From Hyphochytrium catenoides (lineage: Eukaryota > Protista > Hyphochytriomycota), in NCBI GenBank assembly GCA_900088475.1, contig FLMG01001401.1, positions 1 to 44,899 on the forward strand: a stretch of DNA of 44,899 bases. Direction: 5' to 3'. Shown here piece after piece: positions 34,300-44,899 of the stretch. The notes beneath the pieces were generated by a model. The model did not search any database, was not told the DNA's origin, and worked only from the letters and a program-made list of their open reading frames with translations. Numbering within the stretch: position 1 is the first letter of the stretch; the number at the start of each line of letters is the position of its first letter. A program made the position numbers and the translations under genes.

Positions 34300-37149
34300 T
34301 TCTCTGTCACACACTCTCTCATCGTCTTTTTTTCTTTTTATCTCTTCTTTCTCTTTTTCTCTCTCTCTCTCTTTACGTCGCTTTTCCTCTCTTTTCTCTC
34401 CTTTCTCTCCCTCTCTTTGTCTCTCATCTCTTATGTCTGTCTCTCTCCTTTTCTCTCGTTTTTCTCTCTTCTATTATTGTTCCTCTTCCCCCATTTTCCT
34501 TTTCTTTCTGTTCGTCCTCCATCTTCTTTACCACCAAAAGTAATAGGGCTTTGTGAACCTTATCAATGCTTGGAAAGAACCAAAAGGGGTGATGCGTTAA
34601 GTAATTCATCATCATCAATCATCGCAGACTGCAGACCGCCGCTTCCTTGCCTTACTTCTTAGGCCGCCGCCCTCTGTCCTCTCATCAGCTCATCAGCCAG
34701 TACTATGCAGCGAGCAGCGAGCAGTCAACTGAAGAGTTAACAGTGGCGTGAGAGCATCGTAAGTGTGCACGCCAGAGCTGGAGTGGTGAGCCAAATAACC
34801 GCGGCTGTTGGAGGTGAACAAAGGAAGAGAGAGGCCTTGGATACCAGACTCTATGAATAGAAGAATAAGGCTGAATGAGTGAGCAACTGGTAAGACAATG
34901 AGGCTTCTGGGGAGAAGGTTGCACGTGATGTAAGACAGCGCTGCAGGGAGAATAAAGAGAAGGCTGAGATGAGCATCGGACAGCAGAACTTGGGACAAGA
35001 GATGCGCTGCGGAACGATAGAACAGAAAAAGAGAAAACTGGATTTAGACCAGGAGGACCAAAGGTGTTTCGAAGCTGGAGTCGAAAGAGCATGAGTCGAC
35101 AGCGATTGAAACATGCAGCATCACCATCAGTCCTCGTCATTATGGGGAAGAAGCCCTCACAGCGAAGCAAAAACGAGACCCCTAAAGACGCAGGCAAAGA
35201 GTGGAGGGAGCCAGGAGTTCCGGGAGGGGGAAAGGGGTTCTTCTTGTCTTGATGAGAATGCGGTTCTTTCTTTCTGGCTTGTCCTTGATTGATGTGTATT
35301 TTAAGAAAGGGCACTTTGTACTACTTACAGCCATCATCGAATCCGTTCGACGACGAAGATGGATGACGACGCCCCTGATAATGACACTCTTCTTCTATTC
35401 TCTTATCTCGTTTCGCGCAGCAGCGTGCAGCAGCTAGAGGCAGTTGTTGCTCCCCCTGAAGATAGTAAGCCATTAGTAGAATAAGTGACCCGCCCACCTC
35501 TGTTAGCATCGATCAAAGACTTCAAACTAAACTCCTCTTCTCCCGCCGTCACCTTCACCACCATTTGTTCTCTCTCCTCGTCGGCCTATTCTGCCTGTTA
35601 GGGAGATGATGTCGAATCCTTGGGCTACTCGATCAGCAGCCAAGATTCATCACCACGGATGCAAGGGTCAACCTCATCATGGGTGAGACAACCCCACACA
35701 TGTCTACAAAGATAAAGTATACTCGTAGTAAGAGGGAAAATAGAACAAAGAAGGATTGTATAAAGGCACGCTCAGCCAGCATCAAACGAGACAGACCATG
35801 ACACGTCCGCCCCGCCCCGCCTTCCATAGTAAGGCTGCACTGATGATGGGACGATCGGATGGAGTCGCTCTCTTTCCGCCCGCTGCTGTTCGCTTCCTGT
35901 TGCCGCCTCCTCGTTGCTTCTTTCCTTTCTTCCTTTCTCCTTTGCTCTCTTCTTCTCAACATCATCCTCCCTTCTGCGGCTAGTGGGAGGTCATACAAGC
36001 CGCACCGTCGAACTTTATGGTTGTTCTTAGTAGCTCCTTTTTTGCCTTGCGACCACTGGGAGGAACGCTAACATATAAACCACCCAACAACATCGGGCTA
36101 CTCACGCTTCATACTGCATTTGATCTCATCATCTCTTCGGCCCAAACCCTTCTCGCCCGCCACTATAGAACTATTAGGAGGAGAAGAGGATTTACGTCAA
36201 GATTTTGCCCAGTTATTAGGTCGAAGATGATTGACGAAGCTGTTGCGGAAGAAGTGATGAGTACACACGTAAGATCAAGGAAGAAGAAGGGTGGCGTCTT
36301 TGTCCGTCGTTCGCCAGCAGCGGAAGAGTATAATAACACTAACTAATAAGAAGGAAGAATAGGATGCCCGATGGAGAAGAAGGCATATGACTCCTACTAC
36401 GTAGACTGCTGCTGCTGCTCATGCCTCTCCTTCTAGGTGCCTCTTCATTGTACATGAGGTTGATGATTAATGATGATGCTGGCGGGGGTAAGAGAGCGAG
36501 GACGACGACAACAGCCATCTTTGAAAACCGGGGCGGGCCGCAGCAAGCAGACCGAGCCCAATATCTATGATGATCATTAGTGGAGTTTAGCTAGCATCAT
36601 CGATCATCCTAGGATAGGGAGAGAAACGGTCATCGACAAGAGCAGAAGAAGAAACGACGTCCGCAGCCGCACAAAGAATCCTCTTTCATCCATCAACATC
36701 TATAAACTATAACCTCAAGAGCTGTCATCGATATTATTTGATGGCAAATTCATCGTCGCGTCATGTCTCCTCTTCTTCTCTTGTGACTTTCTCTCCTCTA
36801 ACTAGTGTGCTCACACATCGGCCATCACCATCACAGGAGAATGATAGGACAACACCCCGCCGATGATAGGAGATCTCTTCTTCCTTCTACGCTGCTGCTG
36901 CTCCACGAAGAGTACAACTGATAAATCATTGTCGCTGCCGCTGCTGCTGAAAACAGTTATTATTGCTTATTACCACGGAAGAAGAGAAGAAGAGACTGCC
37001 TGCGCGCCAAGAAGATGATTTCTATAACGATGAGCATTACCACCAACAACTCAGTCAACCAAGCTCATTACTTATTATCACTCCGCTGATCTTCTTTTTC
37101 ACTTCTCATTTATTGGAGGACGAGGTTCCCTTTATAGTTCTATCTAGGC

Positions 37150-37222
37150 GGTGCTGCTGCTTGCTGCTGCTGCTGGTGCTGGTGCTGCTGGTGCTGCTGC
37201 TGCTCTTGATGATGATGATGCT
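37150..37222. repeat. (CTG/GTG)n and (GAT)n trinucleotide repeat
   Basis: gtgctgctgcttgctgctgctgctggtgctggtgctgctggtgctgctgctgctcttgatgatgatgatgct. Confidence 0.8.
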
Positions 37223-37579
37223 GGCCGCAAGAAGGAGCGAGGAGGTGGGAAGGAGGCCAATACTGTTTATTCCTCGGCCTCCATTACTCTCTCTCTTCGG
37301 CGCAGATTCCCTCCTCGTCTACCCCACATCACCCGGCACTGCTAGTCTAATCCTTCGCCACTGCTCAATAAATTTAAATATCTGGTTAAAACAAACCTCA
37401 GTACTCAATAAACGCTATAGAATATAGAGCACTTCTCTCTGAGAGAAATTAACAATTTATTTACAATCTTACGCGAGTCTGTGTTCTCTAATGATTCACT
37501 ATGTTTCTAGTAATTTCTAAAGGTACGCCGCCCTGGTGGTTTTATCCCCAAAATCGGACGTCGCACGAAGGTTGGTTCG

Positions 37580-37601
37580 TTTCCTGTCTCTGCTTCTCAC
37601 A

Positions 37602-37635
<34 letters not shown>

Positions 37636-37771
37636 CTCTCTCTCTCTCTCTCACTTTTTCTCTCTCTCTGTCTCTCTCTCTCTCTTTTCTTCTCTCTCTC
37701 TCTCTCTGTCTCTCACTCTCTCTCTGTCTCTCACTTTTTCTCTCTCTCTTTTCTCTCTCTCTCTCCTTTCT

Positions 37772-37818
<47 letters not shown>

Positions 37819-37896
37819 TCTTGTCTCTCTCTCTCCTCCTTTCTCTTCTCTCCCTCATTATCTCTCGCTCTTTCTTTCTCTCTCTCTCTCTCTCTC
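37580..37896. repeat. ~320-nt (CT)n-rich microsatellite upstream of the phosphatase gene
   Basis: Near-pure pyrimidine CT/CTGT/CTTT run. Similar tracts occur at 32930-33100 and 34236-34470. Confidence 0.9.
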
Positions 37897-38199
37897 ATTG
37901 AAGGGCGGCCTACTTGAAGATTCATTCTCTTCTCACCCCTGCTCCTCGCTCTTGTCCAAGCTCTTGTTGTTTCTCATGACGGTCAGTAAAAAGTCAATGG
38001 AGGATGATGATGGGAGCTTTCTTAGTCTTCCCGTCTCTCTCTTCTGCTCTTCTGCTTCTCCAAACCTCTTCTATCTTCGAATCTTTACTACTGGCCCACA
38101 ACCTTTCGCTTGGACTTGCACCTCCCCAGACAGCTTGGCGTCTCTCTCTTGTCACACAGAGGTGGGAAGACATAGTCTAGGGCACAGTTGCACCACGCG

Positions 38200-39531
38200 A
38201 TGAGCGATGAGAGAGTTGCGATGCTCTATGAAGACAAAGACGATGCCTCGCCCGTTGCTGTTGGTCGAGTGGAGGTCATGACACCTTCTCAAGAGGAAGA
38301 AGAGAGCAGGAGGATGGGCGGCGGGAAGGAAGAAGAGAGAATGACTGCGTGTCCGTCTTCGACGCTGCCTTCTCTTCCTCCTCACCCGCCGCTGCCGCTT
38401 TCTCATACATTCGTCACTCCGCCACTTCCCTTGCCAGCAGTAACTCTGCCTACTATCGCCGGTGCTGACGAAGGCGAAAGCAAGAGGAGAGAAGACCTTC
38501 AACAACCTGAGAAGAGCGCTACCTCCTCCTCTAAACGTACCGGGCTCCTCATCATGAAGGTTCTCGTCTTTCTCTCTTCTCTGGCCGTGGTAGCCACCGT
38601 CATTGTACAGGCGCAGAGCACTGACATAGACAACAGCTTCGCTCCTACCGCTCCTGTCTCTTCCGGTGCCCCTCTCTCTTTCTCAGTCATTGGTGACTGG
38701 GGACATAACTCTGGCAAGCGAGACAGAGTGGCCAAAGTTCATAATGAAGCTTCTAAGACGTACAACACGAGCTTCATTCTGTCTCTTGGAGACAATTTCT
38801 ACGATGACGGCGTTACCGGCGTGACAGACAAGCAGTTCCAGAGCAAATGGGCCAACATCTACACGGATAACAAGCCTTGGTACGTCATTGCAGGCAACCA
38901 CGACTGGCACAGAGATGCTCAGCCAGAAGTCGACTTCAGCAAGCAGGACAGTCGGTGGATCATGCCTGCTTTCTACTATGACAAGATAATAGAGAGAGAG
39001 AATATCTCTCTGCACTTTGTCTTCATTGACACGGAGATATTGGTGAAGAAGAAGCTGGGCCGGGGAGAGAGTGAAAAGCATCTGGCTTGGATAGAGAAAA
39101 CGCTAGCAGACAGCACGGCAGACTGGCTCATCGTGGCAGGACACTACCCTATCTTTTCAGTAGGGAGCCACGGCCCGAACACTTACCTGATAGACTCTGT
39201 TCTTCCTTTGTTGAAGAAGTACAAGGCCGCGGCTTACCTGTCTGGGCACGACCACATGTCCGAGTACTTTCTCTCTGATGGCGTGGCTCACATTGTCTCA
39301 GGCGATGGGGGAAGACGAGACAGCCTGGGAGACATCAATAAGAACAACAGGCGCAACCCTCCTCCGGTCTGGTACAATGCTAAAGATGTGGGCGGCATCG
39401 CCATTGTAGAGGTGGAGAGCGTGCAGTCTCTCTCTGTCTCTTTCTTGTTGGCAGACGGCAAGGTAGCTTATAAGACTTCTCTAAGCAACGGAAGGAAGCA
39501 AGCTACCACTCGCGCTCTGCGCGGGAACTAA
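38200..39531 (+). CDS. Purple (tartrate-resistant, ACP5-type) acid phosphatase, intronless; start at ATG 38200 or ATG 38554
   Basis: All metal-ligand blocks are present: IGDWG, LGDNFY, AGNHD, VAGHYP, SGHDH. Hydrophobic segment MKVLVFLSSLAVVATVIVQAQS starts at 38554. Confidence 0.92.
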   Translation: MSDERVAMLYEDKDDASPVAVGRVEVMTPSQEEEESRRMGGGKEEERMTACPSSTLPSLPPHPPLPLSHTFVTPPLPLPAVTLPTIAGADEGESKRREDLQQPEKSATSSSKRTGLLIMKVLVFLSSLAVVATVIVQAQSTDIDNSFAPTAPVSSGAPLSFSVIGDWGHNSGKRDRVAKVHNEASKTYNTSFILSLGDNFYDDGVTGVTDKQFQSKWANIYTDNKPWYVIAGNHDWHRDAQPEVDFSKQDSRWIMPAFYYDKIIERENISLHFVFIDTEILVKKKLGRGESEKHLAWIEKTLADSTADWLIVAGHYPIFSVGSHGPNTYLIDSVLPLLKKYKAAAYLSGHDHMSEYFLSDGVAHIVSGDGGRRDSLGDINKNNRRNPPPVWYNAKDVGGIAIVEVESVQSLSVSFLLADGKVAYKTSLSNGRKQATTRALRGN

Positions 39532-40336
39532 CAGAAAGGACCATTATCAGTTGAGAGAACAGCAAACACTCTTCTCTCTCTCTCTCTCTTTCTCGCTCTT
39601 TCAAAAATGTCTCACTCCTTATGGTTAGTAGAACAACAGAGTTCTCAGCAGGTCTTCTCTCTCTCTCTTTCCTTTTGCCTGGCTAGCAGCGAAGCCACTC
39701 CCTATTTCTATCAGTTGCTTAAGAGTGACGACCCCGCTATGGTACAATAAACAGAATCTCTATTGTCGTCTCTATAGTCTGACATGTAAGCTCCTTGTCT
39801 CTTCCTAACTCCCTGAGTCCGTTGTGGAGACTTCAAGCATATTATAGCGATAGCCTCCTGCTTGGAAGTCTACAACGGACTCACCTTCTTTTTGCTAGTT
39901 AGGAAGTGACAAGTGAATGACTGTGTGAAGGCCTGAAAGCGATAAGTTGGAAGATAAACGCAGGTCAACATTGAACATGGTAGCGTATGGACTTCATAAG
40001 GTCTATCACTACTGTTATTATCACCATTAGACATAGTATGGCCTCGATAGCGATGCGGGGTCTTTCGGGAGAAGCAACGAGAGATGGACCTAGTCTTCTC
40101 TGTCTCTGTCTGAACCCTACGCCTGACCGGGGTCACCTTATGTACATAGGATGCAGGCAAAGCATTTTAGAAGAGGGCTGACTTTGGAAGGAACTGGGCA
40201 TGGAGAGGTATAGAGAGCAGACACGAGGCAGCTTGGATCTCATCTGAATCAAGCGAGAGAAGCTATTAATTGGGTGAGAGAGAGAGGAGATAAAGAAGAT
40301 AAAGCAGGACAGAGCAGGAGAGAGAAGTGCACAGCC

Positions 40337-43300
40337 CTAAAGCTCTGGTTTGGAATCTACTGCCGCAAGAATCTTGTCCATCCTCTCAACCTCCAGTGTT
40401 TGCTTGGTCTTCTGGCCTGCCTCTCCCTCCGGTCCTCCTTTTCCGGCCGGCGGTGAAGAAGCCACATCTTCTGCGCCCTGAGGTAGCGCAATAACCTTCC
40501 TGAGATTAGGTGAGAGTTTCAAAGAGTTGACTCCTCCTCTGTCATCGCCAACGAGGAGGATGGGATCTTCTCTAGAGAAACAAACATGAGTCAACTTGCT
40601 CTTCTTGACGACTTTCTGCTCACACAGAGGTTCATGCTTGTTCTCTGCAAGGTCAAAGACGTGCACTTTCCCGTCATTTGTGACTGCAGCGAAGACCGTG
40701 GAGGAATAAGGTGCCCAGTAGACGTCACCAACCGCGTTACCCAGGTCGAAGGACATGATAGGGTAAGGAAGGTTGTGGTCCCATATCTTGACCTGTTACG
40801 GAGAAAGGAGAAAGTGGTAAGCCAGGAAGATCAAAGAGGAATGAAGAAGAGAGAGGGAAAGGAAGGCGACCAGATCCTCCTTGGCTGGCGTAGGGTCGTG
40901 CGAAGAAAGGAGAGAGCGAAGAGAAAACACGAACAGCATGTGAAAGTCAAACAGACAGATAATGTAGAGCGGGAGAGAAAAGAGAAACACAAAGAAGAGG
41001 AGGGAAATCTGTAAGAGAGAGGGAGAGAGCGAGAGCGCTAGAAGTAGTGGAAGGGCAGCTATCGACAGCTAAGACGTAATCCTACCGTCCAGTCGGCACT
41101 GCAGCTGATGAAGACTCTGGGATTGTAAGGGTTCCACCTTACGGCATAGACTGCCATATGATGGCCCTCGTAGGTCTCCAAATACTGTCCACTGTAGGCC
41201 TTGCTACACTTATGGATCTTCCCCTCTTCTGTGCCCACAATGAATAGATGCTCAGAGAACTTGTTGAAGTCAAAGCAACAGCCTCCTGCCAGGCCAGAGA
41301 GAGAAGTCTCTTCTGGATCGTCTTTCAGCGTGTTGACGAGCTTCAGCTGCATTACAATCTCCATCTTCAGCTCATTCTTGCTCATCACCCAGTTGGCAAC
41401 CTTCCCGTCCGAGGAAATTGAGAAGAAGTTCAACTCTTTTGCCAGATCCTCGTCCTGCCAGTAGACTTGCCAAACCTGCGGTCGAAAAGGGTCAGATATT
41501 CACAGCTGCCTATTTGACTTTGACGTCCACCCTTCTCCGTAACCCTCTCTTTTTCTCTATCTCACTCTTACCTCTGCCTCTCCCCTTCCGTATCCTGATA
41601 AGCATTGCTAATTTTCTCTCCCTGCCTATTCTCTCTCTCTCTCTCCCTCAGGCATTGTTCCCTGCACAGTGAGCAATTTCGTATACTTACAGGGTCTGTA
41701 TGCTTTCCAGTCTTGATTGTCGATGTGTAGATGGGCCTGTTTGTCCTCTGACGAACGTCGTAGACCAGTACAGTGCCATCATAGCATCCCACAGCCAGGA
41801 GAGAGTGATGCTGAGGATGAAAGTCCAGGCACATCACGCCAGAGGGAGAAGAGAAGGTATACTCAGGATGAGACGTGTTTTTCAGAGAGAAGCAGCATAT
41901 CATCCCAGGCCCCTGCTTCATATACTCATAGCTTCCATAGCCAACAGCGAAGAGAGTAGGATGGCCAGGGTTCCAGGCGATAGCGGTAACTTGTTTCCTC
42001 TTTGCTCTCTCCGTAGAGAAGCGCCAAAGTGGGAGGAGGGAGCCTTCCCCGTTTCTGAATTGGTCAGACACGTCTTCCCAGTATTTGAAGTCCTGGAAGA
42101 TCTCATCCTCAGCGTTCTGATTGACCATCCTTTCCATGATCTTAAGACTCTTTGCCATTGCGGCAGAGTGCACCATGTCATCTTTCAGCTTCTTCTCAGC
42201 GTCACCCTGATCGTCCTTGTCCGCTGATGTCTTTTTGGCTACCCCGCTCTTGGCCGCCTCAGCTTCCCTCTGCTGCTTCTCATATTCGGCCATGTAGGCG
42301 TCATAAATTTCCCACTGAAGCGGAACGAGGAGAGAGAGCACGGTATGAGGCCGCAGCGAGTGATGACAATGGAGGGAAGGGCTAGAGAAAAGAGTAGACT
42401 GTGCCGCCAAAACAAAGAAGAAACGAACGGAGAGAAGAGGATAATCAACAGAGAGTCCAGCAGGTTTCCACTGCTTTTACCTGGGTCACAATGGATTTGA
42501 ACTGGATTACTGGGGGCGGAACAGTCTCCACACAGCGGTCTTTCATTGGGTTGTTAAAGGTCTGTGCAGCTCTCTCACTGTAGTTGAACTGGTTCTTTCC
42601 AGTGTAAGAAGAGATATCGCCTTTCTTGGCACCTCCCGCTGCCCCTCCTCCTTCGTCGTTCTCGGCTGCTTCTTTTTTGGCTAGCTCTATCGCAGCTTGC
42701 AGCTCTTCTCTCCTCTTCATCTCTATTTGCAGCTGAATCTTCGCCTCCTCGCTCTCTGTGTGGAGAGAGGAGCCATCCATAGAGAAGTGCATGGCGAGAT
42801 GGTCTCCTGGTCCTGGCGGGTCAATCTTGTACACTCGATCTTTATAGTTGTACTTCGTGATGTTTGTCGGGACATTGGGATCGTTGGCCGTAAGCACCCT
42901 GACCGTGCAAAGAAAGGAGGGAAAGAGAGAGAGAGAGAGAGCAGAGAGAGAGAGAGAGAAGAGAAAGAGGGAGAGAGAGAGAAGAGGAAGAAAGAGAGAA
43001 GATGCAACGGAGAAGAGAGAGGGAGAATGTAAGCGCGATGGAGGAGCAGAAGAAAATGGCGAGGCACCAAAAGCCTTAAAGAGAGAGATAGAGAACAGAA
43101 CAACGGAAATGAAAGGATGAGAAGACAAGGCAGCTCAGAGAGACAGATGTCCGTCGAAATGAGTACATAGCTAAGGCCAAGGAAGCATGGGAACGCTTTT
43201 AAAAGTAAGAATAAGACGAAGCAGCAGCTGGCTCTTTCTGTCCAACCTCGTATGTTCCTCCTTCAGCTCCGCCTCTGAGAGCTGCAGTTGGTTTGGAGGC

Positions 43301-43718
43301 TTCTTAATCTGCTTTTGCTATGGGTGACGAGGGGCAAGGAGTGAGCAAGAGTGGAACAGCGCCAAACCGGAGCAGACGAAAGATAGAAAGAAAGAGTCCA
43401 TAGAGAGAGAAACATGAGAAGAGACGGGAAGAGACAGACGCGGGCATGGAGACAGAGTAGGGCCTTACAACCCTAAGACTCTCACGAAGCTAAGACACAA
43501 AAGAAGGAAGGACACTATCCAGCGAGCTCGGTCTGTCTCACCGCTTCCTTGTACAGATCATCTTCGGGGAACTGGTTGGCAGAGATAGCGTTGACAACGG
43601 TGGGAGGCCTCGTCGTGTTTGCTGTGTAACTTCTCTGCGTGCCAGGGTCATCTATCGATAATTCCTTAGAAGGGGACTTGCCCACTAGCTTTTTCTTTGT
43701 CGGGCTCTTCGGTGGCAT
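40337..43718 (-). CDS. DNAI1: Axonemal outer-arm dynein intermediate chain 1 (IC78/ODA9-like), WD40; exons 43718-43542, ~43318-43248, 42898-42481, 42314-41691, 41475-41086, 40792-40337
   Basis: [62 protein letters not shown]...[62 protein letters not shown]. Confidence 0.95.
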
Positions 43719-44010
43719 GTTTTTCTGTCTGTTTCTCTCTCTCTCTTTCTCTCCTTTCCCTCTCCTAGAGATAAATCTCTAGCTCTATCGTCTACGCTGT
43801 CCACTTGAGAAGCGCGGGGTTGGTTGGCCAGGGCCTAGAATGGTAACTCCGCCTCCGAGAGAGGGCGAAGGACAGCGATCCTCTTCTACTGACAAGACAT
43901 CTGCCCCTGTACTTTCCGTCTGTGCCTTCACTGACTTCTGACTTCCCTGGCAAAATGAAGAGGAGGCGCTCTTGATGCTACTCTTTTGTCTGTTTCCGAT
44001 TGCTTGGGAG

Positions 44011-44043
<33 letters not shown>

Positions 44044-44204
44044 TTCTCTCTCCAGGACACTCCTGAGCTTGCTCATGGTGTTGGTGTTGGATGGGAAGTT
44101 TGAGCCTCAGATTGAAAGCAATGAAACCTCTGCTCCTACAGCACTTCCCTTGAGACCTTTGGCGCGCTCTCTCCCTCTTTTCTTTCTTTCTCTCTCTCTC
44201 TCTC

Positions 44205-44267
44205 NNNNNNNNNNNNNNNNNNNNNNNNNNNNNNNNNNNNNNNNNNNNNNNNNNNNNNNNNNNNNNN
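44205..44267. other. Assembly gap (63 N) inside a (CT)n tract
   Basis: N run flanked by CT repeats. Confidence 0.99.
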
Positions 44268-44899
44268 TCTCTCTCTCTCTCCTCTTCTCTTCCTATTTCT
44301 CTCTCTCTCTGTGTCTCCAAGACATCTCATGTCCTTTCGCCTCCGCTTCTACCAATTACTATCATGGGCTCATAAAATACCTGTACCTGTCATCTGCTAA
44401 GTGATAACCCTAAATACTGTGCCCCCGTAGCTTTTCGTCTCCCATGAGCGCTAGCGGTCACTGATATGAACCGACACCCACTGTCATGGAGTTGATTTTC
44501 ACCCAAAGTAAGTCTATCCTGAAAAAGGTCTCCATAGTGTTATAGCTATCCTGATGTTTATTCAGTTAACAAGAGCCTGGAAGACTATACCCTATTTTGG
44601 TTATTATTGTCACTGTAGCTCACAGAAATCGAAAATACAATAACTACTGCACTCTAGCCTTTTGATAATCACAAATAGGCATTTGATCAAGAATAGCAGT
44701 TGTAAATGGGAGTGCCATTAGGAATATACTCACCATAGAAACCATAGTCTCCGGGATTAGAACAGTACTGTACTGTACACTCGTACAGGCAGGAGGATGT
44801 AACGGTCAGCAAAGAGGGAGGAGGAGGAGGAGGGTATCAAGTCCCTGATGATGGCCCCACCGTCATACTAAGAGACCTCTTCTTTCTTTCTCTCTCTCT

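Noticed and set aside
36963-37427. 154-aa ORF with a poly-Leu 'TM' segment
   Set aside because: The hydrophobic run is a CTG/GAT trinucleotide repeat, the start is TTG, and there is no other coding signal.
88-44404. The many LSLSLS / RERERE ORFs in the six-frame track
   Set aside because: They are translations of (CT)n/(GA)n microsatellites or antisense shadows of real exons.
1-44899. Alternative genetic code or non-canonical introns
   Set aside because: TAA, TAG and TGA all terminate assembled genes, and every confidently placed intron is GT-AG.

Overview
Intron-rich eukaryotic (protist-like, flagellate) genomic DNA with standard genetic code, GT-AG introns, dense (CT)n/(GA)n microsatellites and three N-gaps. 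Most of the six-frame ORF track is microsatellite noise, so I assembled the genes by hand from splice sites. Nine genes are supported. (1) DPM3, 3 exons, absent from the ORF track. (2) A 19-exon, ~1370-aa sterol-glucosyltransferase-like protein with an unusual PH + DysF(Pex24/Pex30-type) + GT + Cys-knuckle + amphipathic-repeat architecture. (3) An intronless RING-H2-Tubby protein. (4) A Trf4/TENT4-like non-canonical poly(A) polymerase with two TRAF-type zinc fingers. (5) A small DC1/ZZ-like zinc-finger protein. (6) A UFD1-UBX-UBA fusion. (7) A Cys-rich, mucin-stalk single-pass membrane protein. (8) A purple acid phosphatase. (9) An outer-arm dynein intermediate chain (DNAI1/IC78). The most notable content is the run of chimeric domain architectures, above all the PH-DysF sterol glycosyltransferase. 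No database search was possible, so every statement of novelty is untested.
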